Part shown: positions 47,742 to 57,938 of the stretch, piece by piece
How positions within the stretch are numbered: the stretch's first letter is position 1
How the letters are laid out: each line of letters starts with the position of its first letter
Assembly (NCBI GenBank): GCA_902384455.1
Contig: CABMCB010000071.1
Span: 64,001 to 128,000, forward strand
Source: an uncultured archaeon
GTDB lineage: Archaea; Altiarchaeota; Altiarchaeia; IMC4; SCGC-AAA252-I15
Reading direction: 5' to 3'
Length of the DNA: 64,000 bases
The notes under the pieces: model-generated
Database searches by the model: none
The model's input: the letters and a program-made list of their open reading frames with translations, nothing else
Told to the model about the DNA's origin: nothing
Made by a program: the position numbers and the translations under genes

Positions 47742-49238
47742 TCATTCCACATGCACTTTTGCGGAAGAATTAATGTTTTTCACCTTGATAGTCAGCGAAG
47801 CCCAAGACCCTATAAAAAGAAGCCATGCCGCAACAGTGAACACAGTCCTATACGCCAAAATCTGCGCCTTAAGCGGTATAAGAACGGCCACAGAACCGTA
47901 AACAGCAGGGTCTGTCGTGTGAACGATGCTGTTTTGAGCTAAGGCCAAAACATTGCTTTCGGTTGCATACGTAAGTAGCGTCGCAAAAAAAGCAATTCCA
48001 AAAGCGCCAGCAATATTGCGCGCCAAAGCAAGAACAGACGAAGCAACCCCAATCTCATCCGTAGGCACTGAAGAAGCTATGATGTTGGTCCTAGCCGCCA
48101 TCCCGAAACCCATTCCAAAGGCCATGACGCTCACGGGAAGTATTATGTCAGTAGCCGGCGAACGAGGGTCCAGGCGGGTGAAAAGAAGCATACCAATTGA
48201 CGCCACAAGCGTGCTAGCAAAGATTATGTAACGCGGCTGAATTCTCCCCGTAAGGTTCCCGCCCAAAGGCGCAGCAAGCATCATCATAAACGCCATAGGC
48301 ATGAAAAGATAGCCCGTCTGGGTAGCCGAATACCCAAGGAAAGTTTGGGCAAACACCGGAATAATAAATACTCCCCCCATCATGGCCATGAAAACAATAA
48401 AGTTGTTGGCGAGAGTCGCCACAAAAACATTCTGCCTGAAAAACTTGAAGTCCACGATAGGCTCAGGATGACGGGAATCAATCCGATAAAATATGCAGGC
48501 AAAAACAATCACGGTAACGTACGACAAAACGCTGCTTACAGAAAGCCAACCCCAATCCTGACCCCTGTCCAAAACAAGAACAAGAGCCGACAAAGTAATG
48601 CCCAAAGTCAAAGCGCCCCAAACGTCAAAATGAACAGTCTTCTTCTCCGAAACGGACTCCTTCACAAAAATAAGCGCCATAGCAAGCCCAATAATCCCCA
48701 CCGGAAGATTAACCAGAAAAACACTCCTCCAACCAAAATTATCTATCAGCGGCCCGCCAATCAAAGGCCCAAAAACAGTAGCCGCAGCAAAAGCACTCGA
48801 CCAAATACCAAGAGCCTGAGCCCTCTCCCGCCCCTCCCTAAAAGTGACTGCCACAATAGCCATGGCAGTCGGATAATCAGCCGAACCCGCAATCGCCTGT
48901 ATTATACGAAAGACTATCAGGGACTTGAGATCCCAAGCAAATCCCGCCAAAATAGAGCCGAATATGAACAGGGTAAAACCCATTATGTAAACCTTCTTCC
49001 GGCCTATGGTGTCTCCAAGCTTGCCCCAAATGGGGACAAAGATGGCGTTCGCCAAAATGTAGGCCGTCGCAATCCAGCCGGCTGAGGAAACAGTAATGTT
49101 AAACTCCTGAATAATCTTGGGCAACGCCAAGTTCACTATAGTCTGATCAAGCCGGCCCAAAAAAGTCCCTATTATGACCGTGAGAAGAATCCACCACTTA
49201 AGGCCATTCCCGTTTTCGGACTGGCTTTGTTCGTTCAT
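47742..49238 (-). CDS. DHA2 (EmrB/QacA) MFS efflux permease
   Basis: LDQTIVNLALP, WGKLGDTIGRKK, GPLIGG, WRSVFLVNLPVG; 14 TM helices. Confidence 0.93.
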   Translation of the reverse strand: MNEQSQSENGNGLKWWILLTVIIGTFLGRLDQTIVNLALPKIIQEFNITVSSAGWIATAYILANAIFVPIWGKLGDTIGRKKVYIMGFTLFIFGSILAGFAWDLKSLIVFRIIQAIAGSADYPTAMAIVAVTFREGRERAQALGIWSSAFAAATVFGPLIGGPLIDNFGWRSVFLVNLPVGIIGLAMALIFVKESVSEKKTVHFDVWGALTLGITLSALVLVLDRGQDWGWLSVSSVLSYVTVIVFACIFYRIDSRHPEPIVDFKFFRQNVFVATLANNFIVFMAMMGGVFIIPVFAQTFLGYSATQTGYLFMPMAFMMMLAAPLGGNLTGRIQPRYIIFASTLVASIGMLLFTRLDPRSPATDIILPVSVMAFGMGFGMAARTNIIASSVPTDEIGVASSVLALARNIAGAFGIAFFATLLTYATESNVLALAQNSIVHTTDPAVYGSVAVLIPLKAQILAYRTVFTVAAWLLFIGSWASLTIKVKNINSSAKVHVE

Positions 49239-49244
49239 GAGTCC

Positions 49245-49973
49245 TTACTTGTAGACCAGCATTTTCGCTGACATGCCGTTCCTCAGTTCCGGATACAGGT
49301 CGCCGTCGAACGTCGCTTTCACGTCAAATTCTTTTTCCTGTCTCTTGTCTGAAATGCTGAAGACAATGTCTGATTCCCTCGACGTGGGACTTATGCTGTC
49401 TATGACGCCATTATACTCCTTAGGTCCGAAAGCGTCAACAGTAAAAACCACTTTTTGGCCGACGCGAATTTCGCTCAAACCTTTGTCTTCCTCAATCCTG
49501 CCTACGACCCTAAATTCCCTGGGGTCGATCATCTGGACTACCGGCGTCTGAGCGCTGACTATTTGGCCTGGAGTATTTGTCACAGCAACAATTATTCCGT
49601 TTGTCTGGGCTCTAATGGGGATGCCGCCGACTTCGGCAACAACGGTGTTCTTGTGCACTACGTCTCCCTCGTTAACCTTAATCTTATCCAGGGTTCCGGG
49701 GACGGAAGGCGAAAGAGAAATTATGGGGGCGTAAATCTCCGCCTTCTCAATGGACACTCTGCTGTCCATAATCCTAAGTTCAGTCAATATCGCCACTGCC
49801 GCAACAAGAACAAGGAAGCCCAGAATCTTCAGGGCCATAGGGCGCGAGACGCGGCCTAATGGGCCTTTCTTGCCGGGTGGTTTGCCGTTTTCTGTGGTTG
49901 TCGCCTCCTGTGCGGTGCCTTCGTCTTTGTGCGTATTATCCTTCGCATGGGCGTATTCGGGTTTTCTGTTCAC
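49245..49973 (-). CDS. HlyD/EmrA-type membrane fusion (adaptor) protein, short form
   Basis: TM helix, lipoyl-like halves, E..LSEIRVGQKV.F.VDAF, LRNGMSA. Confidence 0.85.
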   Translation of the reverse strand: MNRKPEYAHAKDNTHKDEGTAQEATTTENGKPPGKKGPLGRVSRPMALKILGFLVLVAAVAILTELRIMDSRVSIEKAEIYAPIISLSPSVPGTLDKIKVNEGDVVHKNTVVAEVGGIPIRAQTNGIIVAVTNTPGQIVSAQTPVVQMIDPREFRVVGRIEEDKGLSEIRVGQKVVFTVDAFGPKEYNGVIDSISPTSRESDIVFSISDKRQEKEFDVKATFDGDLYPELRNGMSAKMLVYK

Positions 49974-49992
49974 TTTTGATTCTACCTCTTAG

Positions 49993-50439
49993 CTAGTCGT
50001 CTATTTTTGATAGTATTATCCTTACGTTCTCCAGCGACACCCAGAGGGTCTTTAAGTCGTCGTCGCTTAGGCTGGAAAGATTTCTCTTTATGTCTTTCTT
50101 AATTAGCTTCTTTCGTTCTTTCATAAACCGTTTGCCGCCTTCAGTGATGGCTATGTTCACGATTCGGCGGTCTTTTTTGTCGGGAAACCTTTTCACCTTA
50201 CCTTCCTTCACCAGTTTCTCGACCAATGTGGTCATGTTAGGCTTGGAAACGCAAAGTCGCCTGCCAATTTCAGACACGGGAAGAGGGCCGTGCTCTATGG
50301 TCATGCCTAAAACTTGGTATTGCTGCCGTGAAGGTCTGCCGCAGTTTAGGTGGTGTTCTCCTTTCGCCAGTCTTCTGTGGAATAAAGGGAAGAACATTAG
50401 CGCGTGGTCTGCGATGCAGTCTAGTTCGGTGTCTTTCAT
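49993..50439 (-). CDS. MarR family transcriptional regulator
   Basis: SEIGRRL.VSKPNMT.LVEKL...DRR...IT.GG. Confidence 0.92.
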   Translation of the reverse strand: MKDTELDCIADHALMFFPLFHRRLAKGEHHLNCGRPSRQQYQVLGMTIEHGPLPVSEIGRRLCVSKPNMTTLVEKLVKEGKVKRFPDKKDRRIVNIAITEGGKRFMKERKKLIKKDIKRNLSSLSDDDLKTLWVSLENVRIILSKIDD

Positions 50440-50447
50440 TACTGTGC

Positions 50448-50489
50448 AACTATGTAGTTATTAAAAGTAACAATTATAACATTATAACC
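50448..50489. promoter_or_regulatory. Putative MarR operator
   Basis: AACTA-TG-TAGTT and GTTATT-AAA-AGTAAC inverted repeats plus ATTATAAC x2 immediately upstream of marR. Confidence 0.4.
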
Positions 50490-50708
50490 ATTTAAATACC
50501 TGTTGGTCTGTCGGACTGCCGAGAAAGGGCGCAGACTGGCTGACGTAGTCCCCATAACTTACGCAAAACACCTTAAAAACATCGCATCAACGTTAATACT
50601 GTATTCCTACGCAAAAGCGGCATGAAACTATTACTGGAACTGCCTGTTTTCAAAGAGGTTTTCCCCCTTTTAAAGGCAATAAAAACCAAGTTCATGGCTG
50701 CTATCTAT

Positions 50709-50722
50709 TGAAACTGGTTTCA
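50709..50722. promoter_or_regulatory. Palindromic operator candidate upstream of the copper cluster
   Basis: TGAAAC-TG-GTTTCA perfect inverted repeat. Confidence 0.5.
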
Positions 50723-50781
50723 TAGTCGGGGTCTTATCCTGTTTCAGCCTGGTACTACTCATACGATTGAGGTGATCATTC

Positions 50782-50991
50782 ATGAAAGATTTGAAATTAG
50801 AAGTGAAAGGCATGCACTGCCACAGCTGCGAGATGCTCATAGAAGACTCTCTCGCAGAAGTCGCGGGGGTGCGCAAAGTCAAAGCCGACCACAAAGCCGG
50901 TTTAGTCAGAATCACAGCCGACGATTCAGTTAACCTGAACGCAGTGAAGAAGGCGATTGTGAAGGAAGGATACGAGGTAGTTGAGGAATGA
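50782..50991 (+). CDS. HMA copper chaperone (CopZ-like)
   Basis: VKGMHCHSC...GY; GAGGTGA SD. Confidence 0.88.
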   Translation: MKDLKLEVKGMHCHSCEMLIEDSLAEVAGVRKVKADHKAGLVRITADDSVNLNAVKKAIVKEGYEVVEE

Positions 50992-52853
50992 AAAACAATA
51001 TGATGAAAGAAAAATTCGGCGTCGAAGGCATGACTTGCAGCGGCTGCGAGCGGATAATAGAAAAGAAGGTGTCTAAGCTGCCGGGCGTTACTAAGGTTTC
51101 CACGGACTTTCGGACCGGGAAAGGCAGCATAACCTACGACAAAAGCGCAGTAAGCCGCGAAGACATAATGGCCGAAATGAAGGATTGCGGGTACGTATGC
51201 TCTTTTGGCGAAGGAAAAAAGACGAGTCCCTACGCAGGCATATCCATCCTTTTGGGTGCGCTCATAGTTTTGGGCGGAGCCTACGTCCTCGCTGCGCCAC
51301 GCATAGAAGGATTAATCCCCTCAGTAGACCAAAACACGTCGCTTATACTCCTATTCATAGTAGGACTGTTCACGGGATTCCACTGCGTAGCAATGTGCGG
51401 CGGATTCGTAGTATCCTACACCACAAAATCCGCGGCAGAAGGCAAGGCCGGATTCAACTTAGGTTCCCACGCAGCATACGCCGTAGGAAAAACACTCTCC
51501 TATACAGTAATAGGGGCTACGTTCGGATTCATAGGAAGCTTCTTCACGTTCACACCCTTCCTAAGGGGAGCGGCAGCAATACTGGCGGGAGCATTCCTCG
51601 TAATATTCGGGCTGTCAATGCTTGACGCATTCAGCCAACTACGAAGGTTCAGACTTAAAACGCCATCCGTCATGCAAAAACTCACATACAAATGGATGGG
51701 AAACAACTCAAACCCACTCATAATAGGACTACTGAACGGCCTAATGATAGCGTGCGGCCCCCTTCAGGCAATGTACCTGTTGGCTGCTGCAAGCGGAAGC
51801 GCCTACTTAGGCGGACTGTACCTTATGGCATTCGGCCTTGGGACGTTGCCTTTGCTTGTCGGATTCGGGGTTGTGACGTCGCTTGTTTCGGCGCAGTTCA
51901 CTCATAAGATACTCAAGTTTTCCGGCGTATTCGTTGTGATTTTAGGGCTCATTATGCTTAACCGCGGGTTGACGCTTACAGGCACAGGATACGATTTGAG
52001 TTCAATAGTGGCCGTCGCCTCCGCTTCAACGGCTATTCCGGAAGCTTCTGCGACCTCGCAGCAGCCGTCTTATCAGGAAATCCGGATGGATGTTACTGCG
52101 GAAGGATGGAGTCCGGACTCGTTCGTTTTGCAGAAAGGCGTCCCAGTAAAGTGGGTTATCAACGTCAAGGAGCTCACCAACTGCAACAAAGCGATACAGG
52201 TGCCTAAACTGGGCTTATACTTCAACCTTAAGCAGGGAGTTCAGACTATCGAGTTCACTCCAAACGAGTCTGGGGTTATACCTTGGAGCTGCTGGATGGG
52301 GATGATTCCCGGCAGGTTCATAGTCAAAGACGACGCGGTAGCGGCGGGCGCAAACCCGATAGCGGCTGAGCCGTTCAAAACGCAAAATCCGCCAGCAGGC
52401 CAAAACCCAGCTAATCCGGCCCCGACTACTACGATAGCGGCGCAGCCGACAGTCCAGGTTTTACCTGCAGACCCATCAAGCCCATCCAATTACCAGGAAA
52501 TCCGCATGGACGTAACGGCCTCAGGATTTTCCCCAAATAAGTTCGTGCTAAAGCGCGGAGTCCCGGTGAAGTGGATAATCAACGGGAAGCAACTCACAGG
52601 CTGCAACAGCGCAATCAAAGTGCCATCTCTAGGTCTGCAGTTCAATGTGAAAGAAGGCCTGCAGACGATAGAGTTCACTCCGAATGACGCGGGCACCATT
52701 CAATGGAGCTGCTGGATGGGTATGCTTCGCGGAGTCTTCGTAGTCCAAGACGACACGTCAAACGTTGCGGCCGCACTAAACACGGTCCAAGTTCCGCAAG
52801 GAGGAAGTTGTGGAGGCGGAGGTGGCGGCTGCGGCTGCGGGATGATGAGGTAA
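50988..52853 (+). CDS. HMA + DsbD_2-type TM domain + two cupredoxin-like domains
   Basis: GMTCSGC; HCVAMCGG; ACGPLQ; twice QEIRMDVT..P..FVL.KGVPVKW..C..WSCWMGM; C-terminal GGSCGGGGGGCGCG. Confidence 0.88.
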   Translation: MKNNMMKEKFGVEGMTCSGCERIIEKKVSKLPGVTKVSTDFRTGKGSITYDKSAVSREDIMAEMKDCGYVCSFGEGKKTSPYAGISILLGALIVLGGAYVLAAPRIEGLIPSVDQNTSLILLFIVGLFTGFHCVAMCGGFVVSYTTKSAAEGKAGFNLGSHAAYAVGKTLSYTVIGATFGFIGSFFTFTPFLRGAAAILAGAFLVIFGLSMLDAFSQLRRFRLKTPSVMQKLTYKWMGNNSNPLIIGLLNGLMIACGPLQAMYLLAAASGSAYLGGLYLMAFGLGTLPLLVGFGVVTSLVSAQFTHKILKFSGVFVVILGLIMLNRGLTLTGTGYDLSSIVAVASASTAIPEASATSQQPSYQEIRMDVTAEGWSPDSFVLQKGVPVKWVINVKELTNCNKAIQVPKLGLYFNLKQGVQTIEFTPNESGVIPWSCWMGMIPGRFIVKDDAVAAGANPIAAEPFKTQNPPAGQNPANPAPTTTIAAQPTVQVLPADPSSPSNYQEIRMDVTASGFSPNKFVLKRGVPVKWIINGKQLTGCNSAIKVPSLGLQFNVKEGLQTIEFTPNDAGTIQWSCWMGMLRGVFVVQDDTSNVAAALNTVQVPQGGSCGGGGGGCGCGMMR

Positions 52854-52873
52854 AAGGGAGGAGAGTGAAAAAA

Positions 52874-53356
52874 ATGTCAAATAAACAGATAGCGGCGGTT
52901 GCGTTCATACTGGTTGTGGCGGCAGCGTGGATGTTCGTCAAGCCCGGTCAAGCAAACGCAATTTCGGCAGCAAACAGTCAAGCACAGGGAACTACCCCCT
53001 CAGTTACGTCCGACTCAAACACGGTGAAAATACCGTTGTCCGAAGTATCTGCTTCAATGAGGAAATACACGGAAAACTTAGATGGGGCCTCAGTTAGGTA
53101 CATAGTGGTCTTAGGCTCCGACGGGCAGCCAAGAACGGCATTTGATGCATGCGAAGTTTGCGGCGGCGCAAAAGGATACCGGCAGGAAGGGAGTGAACTG
53201 GTGTGCAACAATTGCGGCAAGGCGTTTAGAGTTGACGACCTTGGCGCTAAGAATACGGCTGGAGGGTGCTGGCCGGTTAATCTGCCCCACAAAGTGGAAG
53301 GCGGCTACGTAGTAATAGCTAAGTCGGACCTGTCTGCAGGCAAAAGGTACTTTTAG
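52874..53356 (+). CDS. DUF2318-type membrane-anchored Cys/Fe-S protein
   Basis: AFDACEVC..GYRQ.G..LVCNNCG..F...GGCWP; start taken at ATG 52874. Confidence 0.82.
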   Translation: MSNKQIAAVAFILVVAAAWMFVKPGQANAISAANSQAQGTTPSVTSDSNTVKIPLSEVSASMRKYTENLDGASVRYIVVLGSDGQPRTAFDACEVCGGAKGYRQEGSELVCNNCGKAFRVDDLGAKNTAGGCWPVNLPHKVEGGYVVIAKSDLSAGKRYF

Positions 53357-53392
53357 TCCTCCAAAACGCTTTAGCAAGCAAATACAGCCAAG

Positions 53393-55573
53393 ATGAAGAC
53401 TAACTTGCGTATCTCCGGGATGCACTGCGCCAACTGCTCCACGCTCATAACCCGCACTTTAAAGAAGACGCCCGGAGTGACGGACGCAAACGTGAACCTT
53501 TCGACTGAAAAGGCGGCTGTTGATTACGATGAAACTAAGGTGTCTGTGCAGGAAATTATTTCCGCCGTAAAAAACAAGGGTTATGGGGCGCAGGTTTCGA
53601 CTGAAGCGGACAAGACGACTGAGGAACTGGAGAAGAAGGAGGAACTGGCAAGAACCAGTAAGTTGCTTTTTTTCAGCGTGATGCTGGCCGTTCCCGCCGC
53701 ACTCTTAGGGATGGTCTTTATGGAGCGCGTCCCCTACGCAATTTACTTCCTGTTTCTTCTTGCGACGCCAGTGCAGTTCATAGCGGGAGCCCGTTTCTAT
53801 AAAGGTGCGTGGTCCGCCCTGAAAAACAAGACGAGCAACATGGACACTCTGGTTGCGTTGGGGACGTCGGCGGCGTACTTCTACAGCGTAGTTGTGATGC
53901 TCACGAACCCGATGGGGAACCAGTACTTCGAGACCGCAGCAGTACTCATAACATTCGTGCTTCTTGGAAAGTACCTTGAGGCGAAGGCTAAGGGGAAAAC
54001 GAGCGAAGCAATAAAGAAGCTCATGGACATGAGCTCTAAGACGGCGACAGTAATCCGCGACGGCAAAGAACTGATTCTTCCCGTAGAGCAGGTCGTAGTC
54101 GGAGACATAATACTCGTTAAACCCGGAGAGAAAATCCCGGTGGACGGCACAATCATATCCGGCGCAAGCAGCATAGACGAATCGATGATAACCGGAGAAA
54201 GCGTTCCAGTCGAAAAAACAGCAGGAAACGCGGTAATCGGCTCAACGATAAACAAGCACGGAAGCTTCAAATTCAAGGCCACGAAAGTCGGCGCGGACAC
54301 GACGCTCGCTCACATAATAAAGCTGGTGGAAGACGCGCAAGGTTCGCGCGCCCCGATACAGCGGTTCGCAGACTCGGTCAGCAGCATCTTCGTCCCCGCA
54401 GTAATAACAATAGCAATACTCTCGTTCGCATTCTGGTACATACTCGCAGGAAAAACACTCGCATTCGCCCTCATAATAGCAGTATCCGTCCTTGTGATAT
54501 CCTGTCCCTGTGCGCTAGGCTTGGCTACACCCACCGCCATAATGGTGGGCATAGGCAAAGGCGCTGAGCTCGGCATACTAATCAAAAGCGGAGAAGCCCT
54601 TGAAACAGCCCAAAAAATAAACGCCGTCATATTCGACAAAACAGGCACCATCACAAAAGGAACGCCCTCAGTCACAGACGTAATACCTCTACCCGGATTC
54701 ACCGAAGAAGAAGCAATCACCTACGCAGCAAGCGTTGAGAAAAACTCAGAGCACCCGCTTGCCGAAGCAATACTCAAACACGCCAAAGAAAAAGACGTGA
54801 CGCCAACAGAAGTCACACACTTCACAGCAATACCCGGCCACGGAATAACTGCAACAGCCCACGGAAAAAAGATTATCTTCGGCAACAGAAAGCTAGCGGC
54901 AGAACAAAAAATAGACACAACCCCCTTCGAAGACCGGCTCACTGCGCTCGAAGACGAAGGGAAAACCGTTGTGATACTCGCAGTAGGCGGCACGCCTGCG
55001 GCATTGATTGCAATAGCCGACACAATCAAAGAAACGTCTCCTCCTGCAGTCGAAGAGCTGAAGAGAATCGGCGTCGAAGTCTACATGATAACAGGAGACA
55101 ACAAAAGGACCGCGAAAGCAGTAGCAAAGAAAGCCCACATCGACAACGTCTTCTCCGAAGTCCTGCCGGAAGACAAAGCCCGCCACGTCAAAGAACTGCA
55201 GGAAAAAGGCAAAAAAGTCGCAATGGTAGGCGACGGAATAAACGACGCACCCGCGCTCGCACAAGCAGACGTAGGAATAGTCATGGCCTCAGGCACCGAC
55301 GTGGCGATGGAGGCCGGAGGAATAGTATTGATGAAAAACAATCCGGCTGACGTAGTAAAGGCGATTCGTTTAAGCAGGACCACTATGAGCAAAATAAGGC
55401 AAAACATGTTTTGGGCGCTCGTATACAACACGCTTGGGATACCTGTGGCTGCGGGAATATTCTATCCGTTCACCGGGTGGCTTCTTTCTCCAATAATAGC
55501 CGGAGGCGCGATGGCGTTAAGTTCGGTGTCCGTCGTAAGCAACTCGCTGCTGTTGAAGTACAAGAAAATTTAA
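53393..55573 (+). CDS. copA: Cu(+)-translocating P1B-type ATPase
   Basis: [43 protein letters not shown] and MALSS. Confidence 0.95.
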   Translation: MKTNLRISGMHCANCSTLITRTLKKTPGVTDANVNLSTEKAAVDYDETKVSVQEIISAVKNKGYGAQVSTEADKTTEELEKKEELARTSKLLFFSVMLAVPAALLGMVFMERVPYAIYFLFLLATPVQFIAGARFYKGAWSALKNKTSNMDTLVALGTSAAYFYSVVVMLTNPMGNQYFETAAVLITFVLLGKYLEAKAKGKTSEAIKKLMDMSSKTATVIRDGKELILPVEQVVVGDIILVKPGEKIPVDGTIISGASSIDESMITGESVPVEKTAGNAVIGSTINKHGSFKFKATKVGADTTLAHIIKLVEDAQGSRAPIQRFADSVSSIFVPAVITIAILSFAFWYILAGKTLAFALIIAVSVLVISCPCALGLATPTAIMVGIGKGAELGILIKSGEALETAQKINAVIFDKTGTITKGTPSVTDVIPLPGFTEEEAITYAASVEKNSEHPLAEAILKHAKEKDVTPTEVTHFTAIPGHGITATAHGKKIIFGNRKLAAEQKIDTTPFEDRLTALEDEGKTVVILAVGGTPAALIAIADTIKETSPPAVEELKRIGVEVYMITGDNKRTAKAVAKKAHIDNVFSEVLPEDKARHVKELQEKGKKVAMVGDGINDAPALAQADVGIVMASGTDVAMEAGGIVLMKNNPADVVKAIRLSRTTMSKIRQNMFWALVYNTLGIPVAAGIFYPFTGWLLSPIIAGGAMALSSVSVVSNSLLLKYKKI

Positions 55574-55632
55574 TCCGAGTGGTACGGTCTCACTCCACAA
55601 GTACATAAAGACATAAAATCCCTAAAGGGGGT

Positions 55633-56262
55633 ATGTCTGTGAAAAAGTTAGATTCATCATCCCTCCACCTGATTCATTCTGCGGTTGGTTTAGCGCTGGT
55701 TCTAATTGCGATAACTGCGATGGTTTTGGGGTCTCTTGTTTACTATGTGGTGGAAAACAGCAGTCCGAAAGATGAAACTCCGGCAACAACTCAGGTATCT
55801 CAATTGTCAACAACCACTTCAAATTCTTCCGCAGAAACATCTACCCTACAGACTTCAACAACGTCAACCACCACAACATCCACGACCTCGATCTCTACGA
55901 CATCAACAACATCAACCTCCACAACCACAACAACCACATCCACAACCACCACAACGTCGACCCAAGTATTTTCAATCCCGACAATACCCACGTACTCACC
56001 CCAGATTCCCAAGAACCTTACCGGCAAAGGATACCACAAAATAGTGCTCAAAATAGTGATGCCGGCTCAAATAGACGAACCACGACAAAAAGAACTACTA
56101 TACAAATACTACCCCGACAAAGGCATCCTCTGGTTGGACATAAGAAGGACGGCCGATAGCGACACTATAGTCTACGACCCCAAACTGCTTTCTCAGGAAG
56201 ACGTCCTCAGGTTAACGTCATTGCAAAGCGACTCAACATTGATAGAAGACAAGGAAATATAG
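55633..56262 (+). CDS. Membrane-anchored Thr-rich protein
   Basis: TM helix, long Thr/Ser stalk (55850-55960), small C-terminal domain. Confidence 0.75.
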   Translation: MSVKKLDSSSLHLIHSAVGLALVLIAITAMVLGSLVYYVVENSSPKDETPATTQVSQLSTTTSNSSAETSTLQTSTTSTTTTSTTSISTTSTTSTSTTTTTTSTTTTTSTQVFSIPTIPTYSPQIPKNLTGKGYHKIVLKIVMPAQIDEPRQKELLYKYYPDKGILWLDIRRTADSDTIVYDPKLLSQEDVLRLTSLQSDSTLIEDKEI

Positions 56263-56273
56263 CGCGAATTCTT

Positions 56274-57332
56274 TTATTCTGGTTCTCCCGTGTCCTGCTC
56301 TATACGTTGGGCAGGCGTCTTTTTTGTGTAGTCGTCTGTTGTGAATTCTTTTTTGGACGTTGCGAGCGTGTGGTATTTTTCGAAGTCTATCCCTGTGTGC
56401 CAGCCGTCTTTTTTCTTGAATTTCTTTTTGGCAAGGAGCACTGCGCGCGACGGCGGGTGGTCTGATGCGATTTCATAGTCCGGCAAGTGCTTAAGTAGTT
56501 CCTGAGAGAACGCGAGCGCTTCCTCGTGAGTCGGCATGTTGGCTAAATTAAGCCTCTGCCGGGATGCGCCAACAAACATGTATCCTTTCGCTTCCACAAA
56601 GTCGGGGTCTGCTTTCTTGATTAGATTGGCGTATTCTTCGGCTTCCGTCATGTTCATGTCTTTGACTAATGTGAGTCGGATGCATGTTCTTTGTTTTTTA
56701 TTGGAAAGCTCTTCAAGGCTCATGTTAAGGCGTTCCCAGTAGTCCGGGAAAAGGGGCACATCCACTTTCTTCAAAAGTTCTTTTGTCGGCGCGTCCACTG
56801 AAAGATACAGTTGCGTCACAGGGGCAAGGTCGCGTATCTGCTTGGGGTACTGCGCGTTTGTGACAAGGAAAGTTGAGATGCCGCGCTCATCAAGAACATT
56901 AATCAGCTCGTTTATGCGCGGGTAAATTATGGGTTCTCCCGTAAGCGACAAAGCCGCGTGCTTGACGGTCTTAGACGCATCATACGCTGCGCGGTCAACC
57001 TTAGAGTTCCCCTTAAACCCCACAAGAAGGTCGTGGTGCGCAGCCAAACATCCGTCAACAATCGCCTCAGGCTCATCCACGCTCCACCCCCACTCCTTAG
57101 CGACAGGCGCCTTATACCCCCGCCAGCAGAAAACGCAGCGGTTAGCGCAGCTTAAACTCGGCGACATCTGAAGACAATTGCTGCTTACGACCCCGTAAAA
57201 CCTCATCTTATAGCAGCAGCCTTCCCCCCTAAGCATCTTCTTAGCCCAACCGCAGACTTTAACTGCGCTATGGCCACCAACTACCCTGTACTGCTGCTTC
57301 TCAAGCTCCCTACGGGCATCCTCATTCAACAT
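56274..57332 (-). CDS. taw1: 4-demethylwyosine synthase (radical SAM, Taw1/TYW1)
   Basis: HSAVKVCGW, CYK..FYG, CANRCVFCWR, SLTGEP, EAKGYM.VG.SR. Confidence 0.94.
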   Translation of the reverse strand: MLNEDARRELEKQQYRVVGGHSAVKVCGWAKKMLRGEGCCYKMRFYGVVSSNCLQMSPSLSCANRCVFCWRGYKAPVAKEWGWSVDEPEAIVDGCLAAHHDLLVGFKGNSKVDRAAYDASKTVKHAALSLTGEPIIYPRINELINVLDERGISTFLVTNAQYPKQIRDLAPVTQLYLSVDAPTKELLKKVDVPLFPDYWERLNMSLEELSNKKQRTCIRLTLVKDMNMTEAEEYANLIKKADPDFVEAKGYMFVGASRQRLNLANMPTHEEALAFSQELLKHLPDYEIASDHPPSRAVLLAKKKFKKKDGWHTGIDFEKYHTLATSKKEFTTDDYTKKTPAQRIEQDTGEPE

Positions 57333-57380
57333 GATGTACGGCAGATTCTAGCAAGCCCCAAAATAAAAGCAGACTATAGA

Positions 57381-57938
57381 CTATTGGTTCAGCTTAACCG
57401 TCTTGTCGCAGAACATCGCAACCTCCTTCTTCACTTCCCTGTCTGACTCGGCATTATAAGATAGGAGGCCGCAGCTTACTTGGCTTACTCTCAGTTTGGT
57501 GATTGTGGAGTGTATGAAGCGGGTGTAAACCGCGGGGTCGTTGTATATGAGCATTGAGCTTAAGGAGTCTATGAGGAGGAATTTTTTGTTTGGAAGAGTC
57601 CGGGCTGCTTCGCTTACGGCAATAGAGATGCTTGTGAGGTCTGATACGTCGTCCATGAACGCGACGTTCGCCGAGTCTTCAGTCTTAATCGTATGTTTGG
57701 AGAGGCAGTCTATGAAAAATATTTTACTGACATCAACCTTCTTCTCATTGTACACCCGCAATAGGTTAGTGTACGGTCTTCCCGCTGAAACCAGGATTAT
57801 GCTGTATCCTTCGCCAGCAAGAAACCTGACGACTTCAACGTTCACTTCCGTCGCGTCCTCGCCGTTTGCTTCAATCAGAACTATTGAGCCCTCCGGCAGA
57901 TTGTGCAGTCCAGTCCGGATTACTCGCGGGTTAATCAT
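57381..57938 (-). CDS. KaiC/RecA-like degenerate ATPase-fold protein
   Basis: FFIDC, DLTSISIAV, LLIDSLSSMLIYN, FCD; no Walker A motif. Confidence 0.7.
   Translation of the reverse strand: MINPRVIRTGLHNLPEGSIVLIEANGEDATEVNVEVVRFLAGEGYSIILVSAGRPYTNLLRVYNEKKVDVSKIFFIDCLSKHTIKTEDSANVAFMDDVSDLTSISIAVSEAARTLPNKKFLLIDSLSSMLIYNDPAVYTRFIHSTITKLRVSQVSCGLLSYNAESDREVKKEVAMFCDKTVKLNQ

Noticed and set aside
55850-55960. CRISPR array or VNTR in the ACA/ACC-rich tract
   Set aside because: It is the coding Thr/Ser stalk; there is no constant repeat with unique spacers.
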